A DNA stretch of 64,000 nucleotides from Podarcis filfolensis (lineage: Eukaryota). Location of the stretch: assembly GCA_964270895.1 (NCBI GenBank), contig OZ185435.1; one strand, 5' to 3'. The notes below the pieces were generated by a model. It searched no databases, had not been told where the DNA came from, and saw only the letters and a list, made by a program, of their open reading frames with translations. Made by a program: the position numbers and the translations under genes. This document shows positions 12,039 through 24,341 of this stretch, piece after piece. Each line of letters opens with the position of its first letter. Positions within the stretch are counted from its first letter, which is position 1.

Positions 12039-12932
12039 GTAAGTAAGCCATCGTGGACTTAGGCTTCCAAAATTGCTTGCATTGGTACGAGGTCATGCTG
12101 TGATCCTTGCAAGGTTGGCTGTTACTGTCTCCGTATTATACATAGAGGGCTAAAGCTGGAGAAGTGGCTTGCTACTGATTGTCTCGTTTTCATTCCTGTT
12201 GGAACTGACGGCCATAAGCCACAAGCTTTAGTCATCGTGTCATCATCCCAGGGACACATCAGGCAGGCTATTAAGTCAAAAGGAGCAGGGTTGAGGGGGA
12301 GTATCTTGCTTGATGCTGAAGCCACAAAGTCTGTATTAGTCATAATCTTCAGATTATAAAATGGGTATTTAATATGTGTCTGTCATGACTTACGTAAAGT
12401 GGTGAAACTCCCTGCTATATGCAGCTGTGTTTTATCCAGCGCCTGACAAGGGTGCCAACAATATTGCCTTAAGAAAATACATCTGTGTAGCACAGAGCAG
12501 TAGATGTTAGCAGTTTTTCCTCTTGTTTTTTTCCAAACTTGAGATTATTTGTTTTCATGCAGTCCTGTTTCAGGCATCAAGGGTGGTGTGTGTGTGTGTC
12601 TAGCAGCAAATAAGCCAGCATGTCAGCTAATTGCACTCTTGTTGAGGGCACAGCACACACAGCCTATCAGTGCAGCAGCACCCTTTCCTTGAACTCTTAG
12701 ACTTTAGTGCCATTGGAATTGGAGATTGCTCAGCACCACCCAGGCCAAAGGGCAATAAATCTGGGGAAGGCAGGAAAAACCCTCTGGCCCAGCTTTCTCT
12801 GAGAAGCCCCATGTGACTATTTCATATATAGCAGTAAACCACAACTTATGGCTCAGGGAAGTGAGGCAGAAGCTCCTGAAAAAAACCCTTTTTTCTCTGA
12901 CAGCATGGCTATGAGGAAGTGTTGTCTTAAAC

Positions 12933-13184
12933 CAGGGGCCAGCAACCTTTTCCAGCAGGGGGCCGGTCTACCGTCCCTCAGACCATGTGGTGGGCCAGAC
13001 TATATTTTTTTGGGGGGGGAATGTACGAATTCCTATGCCCCACAAATAACCCAGAGATGCATTTTAAATAAAAGGACACATTCTACTCATGTAAGAACAA
13101 GCTGATTCCCAGACTGTCTGTGGGCCGGATTTAGAAGGTGAGTGGGCCGCATCCAGCCCCCAGGCCTTAGGTTGCCTACCCCTG
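12933..13184. mobile_element. hAT (Charlie-like) MITE
   Basis: Ends CAGGGGCCAGCAACCT / AGGTTGCCTACCCCTG; 8-bp TSD TCTTAAAC/CCTTAAAC. Confidence 0.85.
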
Positions 13185-14699
13185 CCTTAAACTAACTGCA
13201 GTTAAACATAATGTCTGAACCCTGGTTAGGCTTGTTTACATACTTTTTAATGTTACTTATCTTTTCTATATTATTTTTTGGCCATTTTACTATTGAAAAT
13301 AAATAGTAAAATAAACAAACCATAATGTCTGAACCCTGACATGCTGTGGCTACCCTTTGTCAAAAGGAGCCAACTTCAAACCATAGTTTTATTACGGTGG
13401 CTTGTTTCAGTTGACCACAGTTCAGGGTTTTAATACTATGCTAAGCTGTTGTTAATTGAAATCGGAAGTTAAGGCTTCCAGTTTCCTTGCAGCTATGTTG
13501 GAGAATAAGAAGAGAAGGAAGATGGCGCAAGCCTGAAACACATCAGCTTATTCCTGCAGTAAGCCATGGTTTATTGTCATTTCAGAACAAGCCACAGTGA
13601 ACTGTTTAAAGGTAGCTGCACCAAAGGGTTTTGTTTTTCCTTTTCTCCTGATATCTGTTCCATTCTGGTCTGGCTGAGTGGTATTAAGAAAAGCCCATTT
13701 GCAACGGCACTAAATCAAATTGAGGTTGTGAACTCAAGGAGCGTCTGGTAGAAGCAGAGTTGTGGAGTTTGTGGAGAAGGTTGGCACGAACAGTTTGTTC
13801 CTAACTGGAATGTAGGCGGAAGGTCCCCGATAGACGGCTAGCTTTATTTATTTATTGCTATTGTTACATAATGTTGTTAACAATAACAGCTGGGGGGGGT
13901 GTATGTCTTGTTTGGAGATGTGCCTGCTTCATCACCTCTCCCTGGTCTTATTTTAGTTTGGCTCCAAACTCAAAGTATCCCTCTCCTCTAGATTAAACAT
14001 ATTTAGCCCTGTCTATGCATGCAGATAAGGCTAGAGCCAGCAGAGCCTTCACCTCTGTCTCTAGCCAGTCTCATTGCAACCCAAGAGTCTCCCAAATACC
14101 TCACAGCAAAAAGCCGGCTGTCTGAAGCAGGAAGCCCTGTTGGGCCAGATGCATCAAACAATTAATAAGTAAAGCAATAATTCAGAAGTGCTTGCCTTCC
14201 AGCTAATGTAGGTAGGCAGTGGGTATGTCAGTAGAAGGCCTAGGGATCTTCATTGATTGCTGTCACCCCATGGATCTCACTCATTTTATTTAGATATTTT
14301 GATACTACTCTTTATCATAAAGTCACAGGGGGATGCGCAACATATTAAAATGCACAAATGCATATTCCAAGGCCAATTAAAACACCTATATGAAATAAAC
14401 TCAGCACAAACTAAAATAACAGAGGATAATGTAAGGTGACAAGGGGTGCCATACACTGACCTCAGTGCATTATGCCTCCTAACCTCCAGAAACCTGGGGG
14501 TGTATTCACGTCCCTCTTGCATTGAGGCAAGACACTACAGTACTCAGGAGGGAGATAGTTCCATTGTTTTGGAGCTGCCACAGGAAAGGCTGTACTGTGG
14601 GTCCTCACACTACTGAATACCTCTGTTGTAGTGGCCATCAGGAGGTTCTCCTTAGCTGATCTTCAGGCCCAGGTGGTAGGTTGGTAAAAGAGAAGTTCT

Positions 14700-15030
14700 C
14701 TTATTTTAATGTCAACATAAGCACTTTGACTTAGGTTCGAAAGAGAATTGGCAAGCTGTGCAGCTGTTTTAGTACTCTGGACCCCTGCATTTTACACTAG
14801 TTGCAACTTCTGAACCATTTTGGAAGAGCAGTCCTACAAAGAGTACATGACAGTAGTGTAATCTGAAGGACAGTAGAGCATGGATAATAGTGGTCAGGCT
14901 ATCTCTATTCAGGAAAGGATGCAAACGAGTGCAACCCCTTCCAGAATAAGGGTGTTCTACTGATTCTCGGACTCTGTGCAACCACAGCACCTCTGCTTGT
15001 CTAGATTCAGCGTCTGTTTCTTGGCCCACA
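14700..15030 (-). mobile_element. L2-type LINE ORF2 remnant
   Basis: Minus-strand translation HPFLNRDSLTTIIHALLSFRLHYCHVLFVGL resembles the L2 motif HALITSRLDYCNALYVGL. Confidence 0.75.
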
Positions 15031-15064
15031 TCCAGCCCATTACTGCTTCCCCAGGCACCAATGA

Positions 15065-15529
<465 letters not shown>

Positions 15530-16439
15530 TGAGCTTCCATAGATGGTAAACATTGTTTATGGCTCTTCATTTGAAGGAACTTCAGGCAACCTGAATTTAT
15601 ATACTTTCTAAATACAAATTATGGTAGTCATTCCTCATCAGAGCACTTCATCTGTCTTAGCCCTTATGCTTCTAACACAAGACTGTGCATGTTTACTTGG
15701 AAGTGAGTCCCACTGAAGTTGGATGGAGCTTACAGACCTATAGAAACCAACCTGCCCTCCATAAAGCTTCAGTGGTGTTTATGCCACCCATTTCTGAGAG
15801 ACGGGCATATGGTGTTTCATGAACAGCTGCACATTTCCTTTTAGAAACAAGCAACAAAGTCACTGAAAGGCACGTGGGTGATCAGCCAATGCACTTCATG
15901 TAACTTGGGACTCCCACTCCCATTCTTTAGAGGGTGTTGACAGGTAGCCTAATTTGGAGTGGCAAATGCTCATTCTATGATTTAATCTGACTTGTTTTTT
16001 TAAAGTGATGGGACAAGAAGCCTTCAAAACTTTTGGAATGCACTGAATGCCTTTTTTTATCCCGTTGGAATAACATGAAGACACCTGAAAATACCTTCAA
16101 TTAGGCATTGTTTGAAAATGCATATGGGCTGTATTCAGTTGGTGTAGATTGACATTCCTTTGTTGGCCTTCTTTCTTCCCCCATGGGTCAGAGCCATTGC
16201 CCAGACCATAACATGTCTCCTCCGTGTTCCTGCCTCTTCCTTTAGTTAGCAACATAACAAATGCTGTTGGTCCGTTCTTGCTTTCTGCCCTTTCTCCCTC
16301 TTTTATTGCTGCAGTAGAAAACACTGTTGGGGTAGCAATGGTTGTAACCAGAAAAGAAGCACCTCTTGCCCTTCCAACTGGAATGTTTAGACACAGGCTT
16401 TCATCATCATAACTGGCTCTCCTTTATCTCTGTGTGCAG

Positions 16440-16500
16440 GTTCTGCGGGACATGTGCAAGCAAGGATACAGGGATGCACTGCACTTCTTGAAAAAGAATG
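16440..16500 (+). CDS. PNPLA2: PNPLA2 exon 6: VLRDMCKQGYRDALHFLKKN(G)
   Basis: Acceptor tgtgcag, donor GTAAGC; 61 nt. Confidence 0.96.
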
Positions 16501-17451
16501 GTAAGCACTTAGCAAAAGGTTTTGCCTTCCCTCCCCACCCAAATTTTCTAGCAAAAGTAAAACTGTGTAAAAACATTTTTCTTCTCTGCTTTATAAGTTT
16601 CTGTGTGTCCTGTTTGTGCGTAAAATCCATTGGCGGCCATGCTTAACCCTCAGTTGTTCCCTCTAACCAGTTGTTGCTATGCAGAAAACATTTTTAATAC
16701 TACCTATGCAGCAGCCAGCTTCATTATTACCAATTGTATTTCCACTTAGCTGAGGTTGAGCACCCTTTCCATTCTACATAATTAGAAAAGTTCTGAGTAA
16801 ATCAAGAGGTTTTACATACATCCCTTCACTACACAAATCGCTGAATGAAAGCAAAATGTTGGATATGACAAGAGAGTCTATTTTGTATTTGATCACATAG
16901 ATGCAAAATGGCACTGGGTATGATCCACTGGGGTCTTCTCCTGCACAAAATTCATTTAATGGAAGCTGTGCAAGAGCATAACAATGCTTCTCTAGCACTC
17001 TGCCTATTATTCTGGCATGAGCCGGTGCTGTGGCCAGAGCACACTGTTTGTGTCTATAGTGTCACCTTGTGGTGACTGTCTGTAGTGCAGCAATCTTGTG
17101 CACTGTATTTTTTGTCCTTACAGTTCATGAGTTAACTACTTACATTGATGCAGTTCAGGTCTTGCCTGTGTGCTTCCTACAAGCAACAGTTGGTCACTTG
17201 AGAACAGGATACTCAACCAACTGAGGCTTTGCTCTGATCCAGAAGGGCTCTTTTTATGTTCTTATATTACATGATTCAGCAACCCCACTGTGCTATCCCA
17301 GAGAAGGCAATTAGAGAGGAAATTGACTTGGTGACAGCCAGAGATTTCTTATGGTTGCAGGTGTGAAAGGGTCTACTTGGGACTTCTTATTGAAGCTATC
17401 TATAGTAGTTCTAGAATTCAAATGGTACTTTACAGAATGTGTAGGCATATA

Positions 17452-17675
17452 CATTGGTACCTCTGGTTACAAACTTAATTCATTCTAGAGGTCTGTTCTT
17501 AACCTAAAACCATTCTTAACCTGAGGTACCACTTTAGCTAATGGGGCTTCCTGCTGCTGCTGCGCTGCCGCCACGCGATTTCTGTTCTCATCCTGAGGTA
17601 AAGTTCTTAACCCGAGGTACTATTCCGGGTTAGCAGAGTCTGTAACCCAAAGTGTTTGTAACCCGAGGTACCACT
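17452..17675 (+). mobile_element. Tigger-type MITE (same family as 419-657)
   Basis: Shared core GAGGTACCACTTTAGCTAATGGGG...GATTTCTGTTCTCATCCTGA. The terminal bases of the right TIR are missing. Confidence 0.85.
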
Positions 17676-17676
17676 T

Positions 17677-17953
17677 CAGGCATGTCCAACAGGTAGATCG
17701 CAATCTACTGGTAGATTATGGGGTGTTCCTGGTAGATCCTGGTTGATCTCTGGCCCCTCAGCGATCTCCTTACGAAAAAGCAAAAAAACAAACAAAAAAA
17801 CCCAAAAAAACTCCCACCAACTCTGGCTTCCTAAAAAAAGCTCCACAACCTTTGGGTAGATCACTGCCAGTCTTTTTATGACAATGAGTAGATCACTGCC
17901 AGTTTTGTTATACTGTCAGCAGATCACAGATTATTGGGAGTTGGAGGTCCCTG
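17677..17953. mobile_element. hAT-like MITE abutting the Tigger MITE
   Basis: Ends CAGGCATGTCCAAC / GTTGGAGGTCCCTG; internal GTAGATCACTGCCAGT repeats. No clean TSD. Confidence 0.6.
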
Positions 17954-18239
17954 GATAGATAAACCACATGGTACTGAGTTCTTAGAACTACGTTGCTTCA
18001 GTCTGCAGAGGTGGGGTATATTGGTGGGCAGGATTTAACATTTGAATGTCCCTCTATGCACATGTTTTACAAAAAACAACATACTTCTGCTGCACGATAC
18101 TTCCAGGCATTAGACAGCACATAGTATGTACAACATATGTGTTACAATATTCTTTTAAAATAAACTAAACTTTATTCAAACAGATCCAATGGCAGTGTAC
18201 AGTTATAACAACAAAGAAAGGAAAACATAATCCACCATG

Positions 18240-18545
18240 GATCTATTGTTTTAAGATACCTGTGTGGTTTTTTTAAAAAAAATGTTACAAAGACAAATGT
18301 AGCACTTAAAAAAGGAAGTCTGAGTAAACAAATAAGTTTTAACCTGATGCCAAAAAGAGTGTAGCATTGATGCCCACTGAGTCTTTTCCCGAGGAGCTAT
18401 TTCTCTCTGCTTTGTAAACCCTCTTGCCTTGCACAGCTGTCTCACATGCCTTGGTGGCAATTTCATGTCCAGTGCTTATTGTACACGATATCCTCTGTGA
18501 CAGCAGGTGGCTTTTGGCTGTGACTGCCACTTTCTCCACTGTTAG
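18240..18545 (-). mobile_element. L2-type LINE 3' fragment
   Basis: Reverse complement resembles the L2 3' region (...AAGACTCAGTGGGCATC...AGGTTAAAACTTATTTGTTTACTCAG). Confidence 0.55.
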
Positions 18546-18615
18546 GAAAGATAATCTGCAAAGCACATTAATTTTTTGGTTGAAGCACAACAGTTCCTTC
18601 TCCCATCTTCCTCAG

Positions 18616-18798
18616 GTCTTCTCCATCGTCCAAGACCCACCAACCCTTTGCTGGCTATTGAAAATGGTGCTGGGGTGAGGAATGCTGAAGAAGAGGAGGA
18701 GGAGGAGGCAGGGGAAGAGGACCAGCTGAGAGAGAATGCTGCACTGGCAGAGGCTGAAGATCACATTCTTGAACACTTGCCTCCTAAACTGAACCAAG
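18616..18798 (+). CDS. PNPLA2: PNPLA2 exon 7: GLLHRPRPTNPLLAIENGAGVRNAEEEEEEEAGEEDQ...EDHILEHLPPKLNQ
   Basis: Acceptor cttcctcag, donor GTATGA; 183 nt; phase 1 to 1. Confidence 0.93.
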
Positions 18799-20295
18799 GT
18801 ATGATCTTGGGTTGGAGAGTCTGCAGTGTGTCTGTGTCTAACCCAAGGCTCTCCTCATTACACAGACTAGGCTGAGGCTTTTATAATGCTCTAGGGGTGA
18901 GGAACATGTAGTTCAGCAGCATCTGATGATGGGCCTCCGCCACGAGTTCCCCACTCTTGACTTATGTCCTGCTTTTTTCCTTTGTGGGAGAAAACAGGAG
19001 AAGCGGAGGAAAGAAGACTGCTGAGAGGCTAAAAGATAGACATTCCAATTCTGCACATATGCATACGTTTTATTTTGTTCTGTGCAGATGATTTGGTTTC
19101 CCTGGTACATAGTCGAACTACAAGTTCCAGGCTCTGCGGAGGAAGCCATGACGGTTAAATTGATTTCATTGTATAGTTGGCCATAATTGGCCATGTCCAA
19201 AGGTAAATTAGGAGACTGTGAATACATGAAATACACAGGGTGGGCAGTATGGCTAATGTAAGGGGATACAATTTGCTCCATGGCCCCCTGCAGACATATC
19301 ACAGGACTTCAGAAAATCTCTATTTCCCATTAATAACGCAAGTGTACTGAGCAATGTTTTGAAAGTGTGCATGTGTTCACATATGCATGTGGAAATTCTG
19401 AAGTTGGTGCACAGCATTGACTTGAAACTCTGGTTCCAATCTCCACTGCCCAGTAAAGTTGGTATCTGAGAAGAACAAGCTGCCTGCCTTGATTTAGGGT
19501 CTGGCTATAGTTTTTTATTTTCCTATTGGAACTTCTCTTAGGTGACTCATGAGATAACGCATAGTGGACACAGAAGCATAAAAACCAGCAAAATTGTCGG
19601 GAAATGCCTGTAGACAGATAAGATGGGGATCAGTGTTGAGGAGAGATGAATAAAGTGATTTGCTGCCAGCTCTAGAATTAACACAATCTTCCCCCCTAGA
19701 ACAAACCTCTTGGTCCCCCTGCTTAGTAGTAGATGCATGTTTATGGCTAGAGAGATTTTGTGGATCTTCAAAGTAGTCTGGACATCCAGTAATTGCTTTT
19801 AAAATGTTGATGACTTGTGTTTCCAATTCCCACTTCTGTTGTAGCATGTGAAGTCCCTCACTTCATTTCAAACCTACACCTGCAGTGGGAAATTACAAGT
19901 TAATGCTGGTTTTTTTTTGTTTTTTTTTGAACTGCGGGGCCTTCAGGGCCCTGGCAATAACATGTTGCTAACTCATACAGCCTAACAGAATTGAAGGTTT
20001 CAGAGGCATTCAAGTTCTATAGTGAATACTACCTTTTAAATGAGGCATGGGCCAAACAAAGCAGGCTTGGTCTCATTCTCTGGGGAAGAAGAGTAATAGA
20101 AATCCCTCTGGTTGCTTCTCATGAGCTGGGCAAAGTCTTATACTGTATTTTTATTCCTTGCCTTTTGGGCTGATGTTTGGAGCCACAAGCGGGCTAAATT
20201 TTGGACAGGTGTTTCTCCTCTAAAAATTGAGAGGGGCAGTTTCTGCTTTCCCCATTGAATTGGTGACTGGAATAACTCACTGTCTCCATCTCTAG

Positions 20296-20428
20296 CCCTC
20301 TTAGAAGCCTGTGCTGAGAGGAGGGGATTGTTCACCGGCATTGCCAACCTGTTGCCTGTGCGCCTGGCCTCTACCTTGATGCTCCCATACACTCTTCCTC
20401 TGGAGTCGGCTCTCTCCTTCACTGTTAG
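20296..20428 (+). CDS. PNPLA2: PNPLA2 exon 8, hydrophobic lipid-droplet-targeting region: [45 protein letters not shown]
   Basis: Acceptor catctctag, donor GTATGC; 133 nt. Confidence 0.96.
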
Positions 20429-20963
20429 GTATGCTCTAAATCCTGTTTCTGATATGCTTTTGGGAAATGCTTGTGATTGGGACCTAGATTGCTGTATCAT
20501 CTGCATCATTAAGAACTTGATATTCTGTGGGACTTGGTTCTAAATAAAACAAGGGTAAAATCCACTCCAAGGAAATTTATTGAAAGCCAAGAACCCTCTC
20601 CCATGTGGTTGTCAATGGCTACTAGCCATGAGGTCTATGTGCAGGGTCAGAGGTGGCTATCAGGAACAGGTAGCAGGAACAAACTCTTGCTCTCATGTGC
20701 TGCATCTGGGCTTCCCATAGACACCTAGTTAGCCACCATGGGAAATGGGATTCTGGACTAGAAAGCTCATTGGTCTACTCTAGGAAGGGGAGGCATGCTC
20801 TCTATGTGAATACTTGCCATTGTCACAAGAGGCGCCCTTGTGCAGGCTGTTTTTAAGAACACCTTTGCAAAGCTGCAACGTGGCTGGTGCTCCTTCGTGC
20901 TTGCAGTGTAGCAATGGCCTGCATTACGTAACAGCGTCCCTGTTGGTCACCTATCTCCTTCAG

Positions 20964-21086
20964 GTTGCTTGAATGGCTGCCAGATGTCCCTGAGGATATC
21001 AGGTGGATGAAGGAGCAGACGAGGAAAGTCTGCCACTATCTGATGAGGAAAGCCAAGAAGAAGCTGGGAAGCCATCTCTCAGCCAG
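20964..21086 (+). CDS. PNPLA2: PNPLA2 exon 9: [41 protein letters not shown]
   Basis: Acceptor ctccttcag, donor GTAGGA; 123 nt. Confidence 0.96.
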
Positions 21087-21539
21087 GTAGGATTATCTTG
21101 TTTGCTTTTCTAAGTATTGCGACACTGGGAGTTGCCATAGGACTGGCGCCATATAAATGGTAATCAGGGGGACTTTGGCCTCCAATCTGACCATGCTTAT
21201 TCAGAAATCAGCCCCTTTGTACTCTCCTCCAAGTTTGTGTGCTTAAGATGGCAGTTCTAGATGTGTCATCTTACTTTGCACAGCTCTCTATAAAATAAAG
21301 GTGCCTTACTCTTCAGGAAGGTTTAGTGTTACTGTGCCTAGGTAACCGAATACATGGTTATGAAACTACAGTCAATTCCAGCACTGTGCACTTCTTTTTC
21401 AAGAAACCAAATAACCAAAAACCCAGGCTTGACAGTCCCCAGTTTTGTTTTGATGGTGAAATAACATAACTAAGTGCCTGAAGTCCTTAGATATTGTACG
21501 TAATATATTTGAAAGGGCCTAATTTTCTTTCCAAAGAAA

Positions 21540-21655
21540 GGGTGGTGTTCAACTAAGTTTTACTCCAGAGTTAAACCCATTGAAATTAATGAACCTGTTA
21601 GGGTCTTTGATTTCATTAGATCTACTCTGAGTAAAACTTAGATATAGTAGCACCC
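21540..21655. mobile_element. hairpin MITE-like element
   Basis: CTAAGTTTTACTC...GAGTAAAACTTAG inverted arms; same family as 43618. Confidence 0.7.
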
Positions 21656-23193
21656 CATATACAGAGTGTTCTGAAGAGCTATCTTGGATTAAGTTTAAAA
21701 CCCAAGCAACCCTCTTCAAATGCATCTATTTGCTCACTCTTGGTTCAGTTTCTTTTCTGCGTGTGAACATGTACCCAGGGCAGTTCAGGACAGTGGGCAA
21801 AAATGTATTGTGTGTGAACTGCCAAAAAGTGATTGGATGCTATCTCAAAGGTAGGAGGGGGATGGAGATAGCCATGGATGCTGGAAAACTGGCTTTGGGC
21901 TGAACATTGATTCTTGGTATAATAGTCGGTGGTCAATAGCATTGGCAGAGAAACTAACATGTCAGGTCAGAACAACAAAGGGCAAACACAATCCCTATTC
22001 TTTTTATAATACATGGCAAAAAAATCATTGAATATATAAATTGTTTGGATAGTGGTAGGAATCCACCTAACACTCACAGGGAAATGTGGTGTGATCTTTT
22101 AGAGTAACCAAATGAGATGTTGTATAGCATGACAAATGTATATGATTATATTGGGACGAGTTGTTTGTTATTTTCTACTTTAGCAATTGTTTATATGCTA
22201 ATAATAATAATGATAATAATAATACAACTTTTTAAAATGTAAGGGGGAGAGAAAGCCACTATGTATATATTTTTCCAACCTAACAACAGGGACCCTATTT
22301 CCCTTTAGTTTCCATTGAATGACTTATAAAATCGTTCGTTCCTGCAATAGCAGATGATTTTTATATGATCTTCCAATTCACACATTAATTTCTCAGGACA
22401 GTTCTGTATGTCAACTGTCAACCTGCAAAAAATATCAGGATGGTTTGTGCAGACGAATGTGTTGTTTGAAACAGCTTTCAGTAACAAAGCTGTCATTTAA
22501 TGTTTTACAATATAACAAATAGATGGTTTTTCAAGTGATTTGTTTGCATTTATCGTGTGACAATAAACAGTTACCACTTCAACGGGTGGCTCGTGCATTA
22601 CATCTGGGTGTCGCACAGTCCACTTGCACTCGGCGGGGTGCGGGTTTTATTGAGAGATAATGGAGCCCATTCTGCCAGTGGAGAATCTCATTTTGCAGAA
22701 CAGCCCACTCTATGCAGCTTGTGTTCTCACTTGTACACCTGACTCACTTTCTCAGACCGAATGAAACTCAGCAGTGTGACGACCGTCAGCCTGGGGACTC
22801 TGGAGGCTCAAAGTTTCCCCTGGACCTCAGTCAGCTCACGTGGCACTTTCTGCTTATGGGCCAATGACGGGACTAGGAAGGGGCAGGACTAGGATAGCCA
22901 GGGTGTCAAAGGTCAGTATTGAGGCATGCAAGGAGAATCTGAGCACTGCTCACCTGCACCTTCCATGATCCTAGCCTGTGCTGCTGACTTTTTGTATGTG
23001 ACGGTAGCATCACACTGGCATCTTGTACTGTTAAGGGGAAATTGCAATGAGGAATGTGTGATCTTTTATCCACCACTCCTCTCTCTGTATCTCCATGTCT
23101 AGCCTGGAAGCTCCAGTGCAGCAAGCAGCGCTTGTGAGTACAGCATGACAAACAAACTAAACCTCTTCCTCTCTCTCTTTCTCTCTCTCTCAG

Positions 23194-23458
23194 GCTGTAC
23201 TACCACCTGGAACTCAGAAAAAGCCAAAGCTTGCCCCTCCCCTTGAGCATCGGCTATGGGGAGGCGCTGCCCAAGTGGCTGCGGAGTAACCTCTCCCTGA
23301 CGGACGTTATGACAAAATGGGAGGAGTACCAGCGCCAGCTGATGCTGGGGTTGTTCTGCATTAACGTGGACCTGCAGGCGTCCATCTTCCCATCAGAAGG
23401 GCTCCAGATGAGGCACCCGCCAGCAAGCTGCACACAAGAAAGCCTCCAGCTTTTCTGA
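23194..23458 (+). CDS. PNPLA2: PNPLA2 last coding exon: [55 protein letters not shown]...LQLF*
   Basis: Long CT tract plus cag acceptor; QSLP and NLSL phosphosite motifs; TGA at 23456-23458. Confidence 0.95.
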
Positions 23459-24237
23459 TCTCGTTGCCACACTTTGGGCAGGGGAGGGTAGACAGCCGCT
23501 GCCTCTCAACAGCGTCCTAATGGAGCTGTAACACCTGCTAAGAGACTTCTTATTTTCTCATTTGCAGAGTGAGAATTTACATCAATATAGCCATTGTGCA
23601 ACTGCTAATCTGGTGGCTGCACAGTGTTCAAACCCATAGCAATGTGTCGGGCGTTGCGTACACTCTTAGAGATGATGGTGTATAAATGCCCAGCACATGT
23701 GACAAAAGTGCTTGGTCTCTTGGTTGAACCGAAAAGAGTTTTGCTTGGGACACCTTTTCAGAGGCCTCATATCATGTTGAACTTGCTGTTTGTGATAAGA
23801 GGATTGGGACACAAATCAGTACTCTGGCATTTCTTTGCTTTTAACCTCCTTTGTTTTACATTAGTGTTGTAAAAGGGTCTTTGTTTTGAAGGAAGCTGAG
23901 TCCCTCATAGATCATCTTTGCCTGTGCTACACTGAATAGTGTAAAGCAGGCAGGCTACAACAACTGGCTGCCAGATTGGCTCTTGTTATCTAAGGCAGCC
24001 CTTGGTTTTCAACTCTCAGCTGATGCACCTTTTTAAATGCCTGTGCCCCACATTCTCTTTCAAATCTCTCTGGGTGCCACTGCTCTTAATATAGATGTTA
24101 GGAATGTAGACATGTAAAAATGAACTCTTAGAACACTAGAGTTCCTTGTTCCTCTCAGGATCACCCTCTTCTAAGGGACTTTTTTTTTTAAACTATGGAG
24201 AGAGAAAATATTAGAAGCTCTGAAACATGCTTCGTAA

Positions 24238-24341
24238 GGGTTGTACTAAAAGTAGGCCCATTGAAATTAATGGCCGTAACTAATTTAGATCCATTAATTT
24301 CAGTGGGTCTCATCTGAGTAAAATTGAATTGAATACAATCC
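24238..24341. mobile_element. hairpin MITE-like element (in the putative PNPLA2 3'UTR)
   Basis: CCCATTGAAATTAATGG...CCATTAATTTCAGTGGG inverted core. Confidence 0.6.
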
